Shown here: piece after piece, positions 25,814-36,800 of the stretch
Layout: each line of letters opens with the position of its first letter
Position numbering within the stretch: the stretch's first letter is position 1
Assembly (NCBI GenBank): GCA_000934665.2
Contig: JYFJ02000684.1
Coordinates: forward strand, 62,001 to 117,480
DNA length: 55,480 nt
DNA from: Catajapyx aquilonaris
Lineage: Eukaryota
Direction of reading: 5' to 3'
Notes under the pieces: generated by a model
Told to the model about the DNA's origin: nothing
Seen by the model: the letters and a program-made list of their open reading frames with translations, nothing else
The model's database searches: none
Position numbers and translations under genes: made by a program

Positions 25814-28800
25814 ATGAGTGACCATCAGGCGGCGCAAGTGGGCAAGACACCACCAATTATTCATGAGCATGACTCCGGCAACTCTAAGCAAGCACATCCT
25901 GGACAGGCGAGCTCCAGTTCGGATGAAGGCCAACAGATGCAGTTTCCATTGGGGGACGGAGAGACGGGATTCTGGCGAAGGATCACAGGAGAGCAGAGAG
26001 GCATCCTGGTCCTCTTGGCTTGGACTCATTTCGTCAACTTCAGCGCACTCGCCATATTTGCGCCCCTCTTTCCAGTCCAGGTTGATCGAGCTTCATTCTT
26101 CCTCATATATTATATATCATACCAAAACAATTTGTGCGTAATTACGTATATGCTCCTATCGTGTGCATGATGGTGCCCAGAATGCCAGCTCATGCACATT
26201 TGAGTCGGTGAACATGAGCTTATGGCGTGCCTATGCGAAATTTCCACCGATCAGGATATATAAACATAGCCTACTTTAGAAATGCTCGCTCAGTACTACA
26301 TTACTTTGCGGCAGTGTCAGCAATTTCATATAGCCTATAATGTATTAGACTGCCTTGCTTATTATTGGATATGGCAGCCGCACGAGAGAGAAACGGGCAG
26401 GAGTGCAACACAGGCTTTTAATTGATTGTTAGTGTCATTGTCACTTCACTACTATGCAGTGACGTAGCCAGGGTCCCGCCGAACTCTTGTGGGGTTTTTA
26501 AAATCGTGTTTTCAAAAAATCGCGTTTTCAAATTACTAATTCATGATTTTTTTTGAAACAGTGTGACCTTGAATCCCCCAAAAAATTAGCCTGCGGCGGG
26601 CCCCCTCCCCCCATATATAATTCATCCTTCGTCATGCTTTCTTCTTGCTTCCAGGCGGAGAGCAAAGGTATGACGCAATCTGTGGCCGGATTTGTCTTCG
26701 GTTGCTTCCCTTTTGTCGTCGCAATTACCTCTCCGGTATGGGGCAAACTTGTGAGTATACACCCTGTAAATAAACATACGACTGTCACGCACTTAGCATA
26801 GTTTCATTGCTCCAAAGAACATTTTCATTCGAACACATTAATTATTTTCTCAATTTACAGATGACCCTTGTAGGAATCAGATACATGATATCAGCAGGAG
26901 TATTTGTATCTGGAGTTTGCAGCGTGCTATTAGGGTCAGTGCGGCTTGTGTACTGTACACTGAATATAACCATTTACCACTTTTTGAAAAGTAGGTTGCA
27001 AATTTCCAAAATAACCTTGGCCTTCTCTCAGGTTCCTGGAGACGGTGCACACTCTACAGAACTTCACAATACTAAGCTTCGTGCTGAGGATAATTCAAGC
27101 TCTGGGATCATCGGCTTTCAGGACGGGAAGCTTCACACTGGTCACCCAGACATTTTCCACCAATATTGGTGTAACAATGGTCAGTTGAATTAAGGACCCG
27201 ATGTCTGAACATTATAAAAACCCTGGGCGCATTATAAATACATGTATTGTCTTGTATGAAAAGGGAATCCTGGAAGTATTTGTAGGAGTTGGGAGTAGTG
27301 TAGGTCCGGCAACTGGCGGATACCTGTACGAGGTCAGTGCCACATATTATAATTATCCGCGGTTCATGCACCATAATATTCCTTATCATAACACCTTTTA
27401 ATATTCCCCTTTCCGCCGAACTAATTTTGACACTAATATTATGCATTTCTTTTTCAGATCGGAGGCTATTATCTTCCCTTCTTGACTCTCGGCTTGTGCA
27501 AAGTCATGACTGTACCGCTGTGCTTGCATGTACTTCCTGATGGAAAAGGAGGTTTGTTTACATCCTATATCAGAGTAAGACTAATTACAGCCACCATTCA
27601 CGCATTCTTAAACACAATAATTACAAATGGGTGCCCTCACATTAATGATTCGGACAAACTTTATACTTGGAACTCCTTGTGAATCAGCAGATCATTTTAT
27701 GCCGAGGTACTGTACCTTGCTACCGAGATAATATAATTAAATCAAATCTGCCACCACAAGGAGAAACACCCTAACTGCAAAACTACAGCATAGTAAAAGG
27801 GTGATGGTCGCGTGCACCACGGAGCCTTGAGTCATCCTTGCCCAGTGCTTGGATGCCTCATCAAGGCTCCGTGGCGTGCAAACCACCCTGCACTAATCCA
27901 CCCTGACTCAGGGGGGATTAGTGCAAGAAGACTTGCAGGCGACTCTCACCCTTACTAGTTTTGCAGTTAGGGTGTTTCTCTTTGGGACCGCAGGAATGTG
28001 CTTTAAGACACATCCTATAAGGTACTTGAATCGTCTCTCCCATTTCTGGCCGAATCAGTCTAATGTGATGATAGATTAAATTGAATAGTGACACCTGATC
28101 TTTAAATGAGCGAAGGCAGGCAAAGTATAGGCAAAGGGAAGCACACCTGACCATGGCATTTTCATTCCTTTCGCTTGAAGCCCATAACCTGGGTACAAAA
28201 AGGCTTCGGACACCGAATGACACCACTATACACTCTCTTGTTCGCAGGAGTTCACACGTATACGTAGTTGTCGGATTGAAGCGTACTGTACATGTCTATA
28301 ATTGTTCCCTAAAAATACTTCATATTCAGAGTTATAGGGCCTACCACATAACAGTGCTGTTATGATATAAAATTTCTGAGTTAACGACTGCGTCAGTTTG
28401 GGCAGTGTGTGACTCCTCTTCCCCTGACCAATAAGATATAATGGATGTTTTCAGCCTCCGATGAGAAGCCAGCACCAGGCATGGCAGCTCTCTTGACCAA
28501 TGGCCGGGTGCTGACCGTTCTCTCAGTGATCGCCGCCATCGGAACTCAAATGGCCTTTCTGGATCCTTCCTTGGAACCTCACTTGAGCCAGGTACACGGT
28601 GACTTGCTACACACCCCTGAGCGTATACGTAGGAAATCGGTGCGAGATGTCCCGCCATTCATGCACGAGATGGTGCATTACTCGAGTCTCCAGTTCATGG
28701 GTCGAAGGAAAGGGAAGATAAGTTGTGGGGGGCAATTTTTTATTCAGCAACAATGCCGAATGCAATAATTATTTTCAGTGCTGTACTGAAGAGACATTAT

Positions 28801-30779
28801 TGTTATTGGCTTAGGCAGTGGGGGATATTCCCTATTGAGTACTTCACAGTATAGTACAGGGTGTCCACAATGAACCTCCCTAGTTTCAACTTTCAACTTG
28901 CTATCATTACGCAAGTAACTGGACCAAGCTGGTGTCGAAATTGTACAAATGAGAAGGGACACTCATCAAGTTTGTGTAAAAAATAAGTATACCCTTCCGC
29001 AGTTCCGCATGTGCTCGTTTAGTAGAAAGCACAATATTCTAAGCCGATAATCTCCCACCCCGAGGTGCTCTCCGCAGCATGTCAGGGGTGATGAAGGACA
29101 CGTCATTATTTGAGTTGTCCACTTTAGTTGCATAGACTCTATGCCTTGTAATTGTGAAAAGGCGAAATGCCCAGCATGTCTAGCCCTTCTGTGATCAACA
29201 TCAGCCCCCCTAACCACCACACAGCTTGCGTTATCCCCTCTGTATATAGATTCATTGTTTGCATAATCTTTTGACAGCATCCCCCACAGGAGCACCACCA
29301 CATCATAATAGGATGTTCCAAAATTTCAAGATGAAACTAACTTGTAGAGTCTCCAGACAGTGTAAACAACCAAAACATTAAAGGGACACTCCACTCAAAA
29401 TACAAGTTGGGTTCTAAAAATCGGGCAAAAAAATCCCGATACCGAGGGTATAAGCAGTTTTTCTTCGAGACGAACGGTAAGGCCAGTGTGAAAGCTGGAA
29501 GTGTGTCGTTCAAAAACCGCGCGCGGGGCAGGTGGGCGCAGGTGGCGACGCCACCAGTGTGGAACCGGGCGGAACTAGATCAGGCGTGCCTGGCGCGGCA
29601 GTTGTCACTGTGCGCGCGCTATACTTCTCCGGTTTGCCGCGGGATGCTGTTGTATCGCTCTTCTCAGCAGACGACGTATGTAGATGTATGATTTTCCGTG
29701 TTACCGTTGGGCGTAGAAAAAAACCGATTGCACATTCGGAATCAGGATTTTTTGCCCGATTTTTGGGGGTCAACTTGTATTTTGAGTGGAGTGTCCCTTT
29801 AAATACCTCCCATGTCTATTTTTTTACTGCTCATTGAAACATTAATTGGGGACACCCTATATTGCACTTTTAATTCAGTTCACCCTGTCGGCGTCTCAAG
29901 TGGGGCTGTTCTTCCTGCTCTTATCTGCGGTATACTCCATCAGCTGCGTCGTCTGGGGACGCGTGTCGGACGCGATCGCCGACAAGAAGTGGGTCCTCAT
30001 GTCCATCGGACTGGCAGGCACGGCCTTCGCCTTCCTGCTCATTGGCCCTTCTCCACTCTTGCCTATCTTACCCAGGTCAGCTGTACTTTCTTTGCAAAAT
30101 AATTTGTATCGTAACGTGACATATTCACTATAATTATTATATACAGTTTACGAATAACCAGGGTGCCCAAGCAAGAAGAGTTACACACACTCTCTAATGA
30201 CAGCATTAAGGACACCGTTTATTTACAACTTCCAGCTCAGTGTGGCTGAACTTGGTGTCCGTCTTCTTCCTGGCGACGTTTTGCGCCATGGCTCATATCC
30301 CGACCTACCAGAGCCTCGTGGACTGCGTCACGTAAGCTATACCTACGTGACTCCAACATTGCAGTCGTATTGGCAATAATTGTCACACCGGATCATTATT
30401 TTCCAGGGGTGCATCCAGTGCTACCGAAGTGGATCTGAGCAGCTGCAGCGTCGTGGCGGGGATGTGGAATTCAGCCTATTCCATCGGGTACAGAATACTT
30501 AGCAGTGACTATAACTCCTGTCAAATAGTGCACGTCATCCCACTAATGATGCAGTGAATTTCTGATTGTTCCAGAGAAATCTTGGGTCCCTCGACGGGTG
30601 GCATCCTGGTGGACCACTGGGGATTCCCATTGTCCTCGACAGTCATGGGCTCAGTGGCCTTCCTGACCTCACTCGCCCTCCTCACCTCCCGCACCGTCTC
30701 TTGTGCCAGCGCATCTTGCAGGGAGGCAGGGACCAATAAGTGCGAGGGAACGCCTCTCTTAGGTTCTGGGGCCAAGTAG
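25814..30779 (+). CDS. SLC18B1: SLC18B1-like MFS transporter, paralogue C (complete)
   Basis: Exons 25814-26080, 26655-26750, 26861-26934, 27032-27179, 27264-27332, 27458-27551, 28455-28591, 29879-30075, 30236-30331, 30407-30487, 30575-30779. Intron phases and most exon lengths (96, 74, 148, 69 nt) match B; no stop or frameshift seen. Confidence 0.9.
27818..27873. mobile_element. 56-bp minimal MITE, possibly P-element-like
   Basis: CACGGAGCCTTGA ... TCAAGGCTCCGTG inverted ends flanked by GCGTGCAC / GCGTGCAA (8-bp TSD, one mismatch); in an intron of paralogue C. Confidence 0.65.
28857..29859. mobile_element. Old mariner-like non-autonomous element interrupted by a nested insertion
   Basis: TA|CAGGGTGTCCACAATGAA at left and TTAATTGGGGACACCCTA|TA at right are degenerate TIRs of the CAGGGTG family. 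Confidence 0.55.
29382..29798. mobile_element. Kolobok-like non-autonomous DNA element
   Basis: TTAA|AGGGACACTCCACTCAAAATACAAGTTG ... CAACTTGTATTTTGAGTGGAGTGTCCCT|TTAA; TTAA TSD with RR..YY ends; inner IR AAAAATCGGGCAAAAAA/TTTTTTGCCCGATTTTT. Confidence 0.85.
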
Positions 30780-30846
30780 AAAAATATTATTATTGGCCTG
30801 GCTCTCCTAACCTTAGTCCTCACACACATGGAGTTATTAGTATATA

Positions 30847-31286
30847 CAGGGTGTATCAGAACTCTACCGTAAGCCATGTGCCAATGGCATAAGGGGCACC
30901 AGAGCATCATTATATGTAGAGGGGTCATCATGTCTAGGCAGCCACATCCCGTAGATAATAATTGATCATTTGCGTAGTAGCGATTGCGCTTAAGCGTGAT
31001 TGTAGGATAGCAGTGCATCTGGGGGGAACTGCATTCTAAGAGCCCTTAGTGACTACCCCAATAGCAGTGTGGCAGTAGCCCCCCAGAAAATAGCTGCGAC
31101 CTTCACCTGTGATGCGATTGGCGGCTGAAGGTTTGCATACCTGCCAGGATATTTTATACCTATTGGTTGAGGTCAATTATCTCGATCATGCGGCGGCCCA
31201 GGCCTATGATTCCGATACTGTAAATGGTCATCTGCTACCATTACGCCATTGGCATATGGCTCACGGTAGAGTTCTTATACACCCTG
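30847..31286. mobile_element. Tc1/mariner-derived MITE just 3' of paralogue C stop codon
   Basis: TA|CAGGGTGTATCAGAACTCTACCGTAAGCCATGTGCCAATGGC ... GCCATTGGCATATGGCTCACGGTAGAGTTCTTATACACCCTG|TA. Confidence 0.88.
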
Positions 31287-32185
31287 TATAGAAACAACCG
31301 TCTTTTTCAAAAACATTTATTTATTTATTTATTTATTTCCCTTTCACTCGCAGAGGCATTTGACTGGTAATTATATCATTTGACACTTGGTCCAAAACGA
31401 CCACAAATTATACATTTTTATGCGATATAATGGTCACCTGCTGTGCGTGAATCATATACTCACTGTAATGCACGAATACTTGCACACTGTACAGGACTGC
31501 AGCCTATGTGCTTATATGGAAGCAAGACTCGAAAACATTCATAGTCACGCAACTAATATTGCTTTTAAAAAAAGTAAGTGACCATTATGAACAGTTATGG
31601 CATCAGGTTTGTGTGTACGAGACTGTGGCCTACCTATTCGAATAACAGAATATTTCCTTAACATTGTTTCCAAATGAACTGAATAAAAGCAGCTCAATAT
31701 TATGCTGACACCTTGATTGTGTTGCCAGAGAGTCCTTCGACTCTGCTACCTCAATGTGAAAACATAAGCGAACTTTCTTTACGATCTTTCAGATTCGCTG
31801 AGAGGCATGGATCAATTTGGTTATATAATAGCGCAGAAGAAATAAAAGCAACAAAAAACAAGTTATTTAAAGTCATGTTATCCTGTCGAGCATGTATTTT
31901 GTGTGTTTGTTGGTTAATTGGCCAATAATATTATATTACACCATGGGGTATACCTTCAATGTGTTGCTCAGCCTGTGTAATTTTTTCGTATAGTACAATA
32001 TCAGCATTATTATTGAAGTCGTGTTTTTTCCCCCAAACTCCCACCTCCCATCTGTCCCGCCCACCTGATGGGCGCTTGCGCATATCAGTAAAATATATTA
32101 TAATTACTGCAATCTGGGTTGCTAACGGAATTACTCCTAATTGCTGTGGAACAATGCATTAGTATAGGTTTTCTTTAATCCTTAT

Positions 32186-32460
32186 GGTTTGGTTTGGTTT
32201 GGTTTATTGAGAAGAAGCCAAAGCAACTGTGGTATCTGGCTATAGAAGATTCAAAGGTGGGACAGATGGAGAGAGAAACGAAGAAGAAAAAAGAAGAGAG
32301 GAAAGACTGGCATCCCTCTTAGTCTGTCTCCTATCCCAAAGACCTGTCCGGCTTGGGTAGGCCCTACCAGTAGACGAAGCTACCGCCAGCATAGCTCTTG
32401 GAATCACCGGAGAAACGCAAACCCCACCACCACGACAAGGTGGAGCGAACGTCCGTGGGC
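32186..32460 (-). mobile_element. Short non-autonomous retroelement with RTE-LINE-like 5' head and (AAACC)n tail
   Basis: Minus strand reads CTTGTCGTGGTGGTGGGGTTTGCG...AGAGCTATGCTGGCGGTAGC...ACTGGTAGGGCCTACCCAAGCCGGACAGGTC...AGACTAAGAG, resembling recalled RTE/BovB 5'UTRs; ends AATAAACCAAACCAAACC; flanked by TTAATCCTTAT / TTACTCCTTAT (TSD, 1 mismatch). Confidence 0.72.
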
Positions 32461-33847
32461 TTACTCCTTATGAATTCAAATGCCGATCTTGCTGTGACTG
32501 TTAATGAGTACCAATCCCATCTTCGGATAACTTGATAGGTTGCGAATATATGTATTTTATCTCCTGCATCATATTTTATGAAGGTGAACTTGGCACACCT
32601 TGGATTACTTTGGAGTTACTAACTACTACTACATACGTAGATAGGCTGCTGCCTTATACACTCTTGATCTACTTGATGTGGCCTTGGTGCAACTTATCTG
32701 CTTGACCTTACTTCTCACTCACAATCAGCATTTTTATACGCGAATGATTAAAATTCTGAATCACGCTTGGGAGCCTCTAGAATATACGTAACTTCAGATC
32801 ATCCCAATCTTGGTGCATAGTGGAAGCAAAACGTAAGTCCTCCCTGTTAATAAATATTTTCTCTACCTCACTACTCTGACAACAGCAATGATACAGTGTA
32901 GGCTACATAATTATATAACAGCAGTTAAAAATCGAGGTCCGACGTGGTGTGCTAAAATGCACCACAAAGTAGCCTACCAGTCAAAAACCAAAATTCGCAT
33001 ACATCCCATGCGTGTAAAATTTATAGGCTCAGAGCAACATAACTATTTTCTTATTGAGACACCCGGTTATGCCAAAACATAATAATAAATATTCTCTTAT
33101 GAGATGTGGTAACATTGCCTAAATAGAGACGCATCTGATCTATAGAATTTTGCGCTTATACAATCATATCCTGTTGAATATTTAGATGAGGAGTGATTAC
33201 CTTTTTTCGCTCGTAATCGTACTCGACATAGAGAGTTAAGTGAAACAGTGATAGTGCATCCCCTTCATACGCATTACGTAGCCTATTGTTCTGATATCAG
33301 TTTCTAAGTTGTGATTTCAAATGCACTGTCACCTATAAGTAATTAGTAATTACTTTATACATTTCGAACTAAGACAGCACGACCAAGTGCACATCATTAC
33401 TGAAGAGAACTTCATGGACAGGCCTTCCACCCATTAAGGCAAAATAATTGTAATAATTGCAGTAAGTATACAAAAGAGGTCGGATAAATCATATTGGTAT
33501 ATAGGCACATCATGTTACAATTCATTAGCAATAAGTAGTTTGGTGTATACTACGCGTGTATCTGACAAGGGAACTGATATACGGTACTGTATGCAGTAGG
33601 TTATCTTCTGACATAATTATTCATGAGCACACATTTACTCCAAAACTGAGGTAATATCAGTATTATCATCACAATCTAATCGCGCACAACCTGCTTTATT
33701 ATCCATTAAACTGTCAGGCCACAGAAAGCTAACATCCAAATAATATACTAGTGTATATACCAGGCGAATATCTTCCAATAAGTTGCGCAACTTTCTAACA
33801 TCTCATAAGTGAACGTGACCTTGGCTGTGCGTAACCTTGACCCAGCT

Positions 33848-36800
33848 ATGCCCCAGCAGCAGGTGGAAGGATCCTGCTTCAAACAACTTCCAGAAGACTC
33901 TTCCATGCACAGGGATGGTCTGGAGCTGGGTTCCACAGTCCCCTGCACCCAAAATGGCCACATCAAGGAGGACAATGCAGATTCCACGTGTGAAGATAAT
34001 AAGAAACCGAAGGGTCAAAAGAATAAGGGATTCCTGCGAAGCATTAGCAAGAAGCAGAAGGTCATCCTTGCTTCACTGGCCTGGATGCACCTAGTCAGCT
34101 TCTGCGCATTCGGCATATTGGCACCATTCTTCCCAAGTGAGGCGAGTTTCTCTAAAAACAAAATACATTGCAAACTGGCCTTAACATTAAGTTCTGCTTG
34201 ATGTTGATGATCAAGTTCATCATTATTAATGGATCCACATTTTTACAGGCGGAAAAGAAGGGTGTTACGCAAACGGTCATAGGATTCGTGTTCGGCTGCT
34301 TCCCTTTTGTATTCACAGTCATGTCGCCAGTTTGGGGAAAAACCGTAAGTACTACAGCACGCGCCTACTGGCTCGACGATACCACTGACTATAGACCAAC
34401 AGGAATTATTCGGTCAGCGCCGGACTATATAACAAGTTGCACATACTGTACACACCTTACGCATTCAGTCATTTGCTGGCACTGTTCTCAATCAAGACGA
34501 AACTTTAACGGGCTCTTTGCCAAGACAACGTCGTCGTCCTCATTGTAACTCGAAGACAGACATTGCAACCCATATAATTATAGGCCCTAACTGCAATATT
34601 GTACTGCTCGCTTCTGTTTGTGACAGGACATTTGAAGCTTCCTTCAGGGCGATTCTATTCTCGAGGCAACATAGGGGAATAATTGGACGACTAAGTGATG
34701 CACAACACGTCTTTCTCGACAGGTTCACCAATTCTTCATTCTAACCACTGTGACCACAAGTCGATTTCACACTTAGCCCGGCTTCTGATTCAAGTGCCCA
34801 ATGCAGATTTCCCATCGTTTTGGATTCCTTTCATTCCACTTCCATCCCGACAAAACCCCCTGCCGACCATTAACATCTGCCAACAATATATTACGAGAAT
34901 ATACGAGTCATTTATTGCTAGTTCAGGAAAGTTTGCTGACAAAATGACAGTCTCGTGCAGTAGAGAGGAGTATGCCTCTTTTATTTATTTATTTATTTAC
35001 TTATTTACTTATTTTTTGTTTGTTTGTACTTGGGGGTATTAAGCACAAACCTATGACTAACAACGTCAGCTTGAAACGCCATCACCTTCTATTCAAGTTT
35101 TGTGTGATGACGACCAATGAGTGGTTTAGAAACCGAACCAATACCGTATGTATATTTTGGCGGGTCCCTAAACAGGGTGTTCCAGATTCGTGGATCACTT
35201 TTTGATAACTGATGTCGCTCGATAGCAGTTATTTTTCGTAGCTGGTTGTGCCCCTAACCATGTGCTCCATTCTGTAGTTATAGTAGTTATATGGTTATAG
35301 TAGTTATAGAATGGGGCACATGGTTAGGGGCACAACAAGCTGCAAAAAAATAACTGCTATCGGACCATATCAGTTATCAAAAAGTGACCCATCACGAATC
35401 TGGAACACCCTGTATATGTGGACAAAAAAACTTGCCAAATTCGTAACACATATTCGCAAGTACGGGAAAGTTTGCCGTTTCTTTAATGTTCTGGCTGAAC
35501 CCTCAAACTGTTTTTTTATGAATTTGTAGGGCTACGCGATAATAATCATTCTGGCATGTTCCGTTCATCCTCGAATATTACCCTGCATGTCCGTGAGACA
35601 CTCGCGTCTGAACAAATACTAATTTGTTAACAAATTCTTTTTGTGTGCACTATAATTATTCCCTCAGAACCACTTATTTTTACTGAACTTTATTGCAGAT
35701 ACCTTTTCTCGGCATAAAGGTGGCCCTTTCGGCGGGTGTGTGTGTGGCAGGAACAAGCAGCATTCTCTTCGGGCAAGTCACTTCTTTCAGACCCTCCTTA
35801 TAATTATATTATACCGCATACCCTGATTTAATAAGAACAAAGCGCTCTTCAGGTTTTTAGACCGGTTGGATAATCTGGAGATATTCACAACGTTATGCTT
35901 CGTTCTGAGAATTTGTCAAGCCCTGGGAGCCTCTGCCTTTATGACCGGAAGTTTCATTCTGGTTACTCAAGAATTTCCACAAAATGTTGGAGCAGGTATG
36001 GTAAGTGCGAGCTTCTGATATACAAACAGAGTGTGGATAAATTCCCTTATCTTCTCTGATGCTTTATTGGGCAGGGGATTATGGAGACATCCATCGGGGT
36101 TGGGTTGACCATAGGGCCAGCCATCGGAGGATACCTCTATGAGGTGTGTACACTTATTAGAAAGTAACTTACACCGAATTATTTACCCGGTTTATAATCA
36201 CATGCGTTGTGTTTTTTAAAGGTTGGAGGATATTACCTACCGTTCGTGGTCCTTGGCACAATTATGATTTCACATATACCCCTCTACCTCTATATACTGC
36301 CAAAAAAAGATGGTATTTATACACGTTAATAATTATTCGACTTAAGTGATGATCCTTCTGTTGTGCTGACAGTGGATTTCTGTTACAGCTGCTGCGAGGA
36401 AGTCCGGAATGAGCATGATCTCTCTTCTCAGAAAAGGTCGCGTACTCGTAATTCTTATGGTGATTGTACTGACCGGAAGTCAGTGGTCTTTCTTGGAGCC
36501 AACTTTGGAACTGCACTTGAATCAGGTCAAGCGTACGTCTTTTACGCAAGCATGCGAGTACTTCATATTATGACACATTCCTCAAATACCGTATGCTTTC
36601 TAATAGTTTCTACTACAGTATATTCAATAAATTAGATATGCAGGGAGGTTCACTGCCCAAGTTAAAGAAGGGCGACACAGGGTGGGCACTATAGTTGATT
36701 TTTAAAATGAGGACTTGACCAAACAGATGGCTAAAGTGTCATAGCATGAAAAATACACTTACTATACCAAGTATACCAAGTACAGTACTCCTGCACATTT

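Noticed and set aside
26457..26612. CAGTGACGTAGCCAGGG start resembling the hAT MITE at 23090
   Set aside because: No matching right TIR or TSD; at most a truncated relic.
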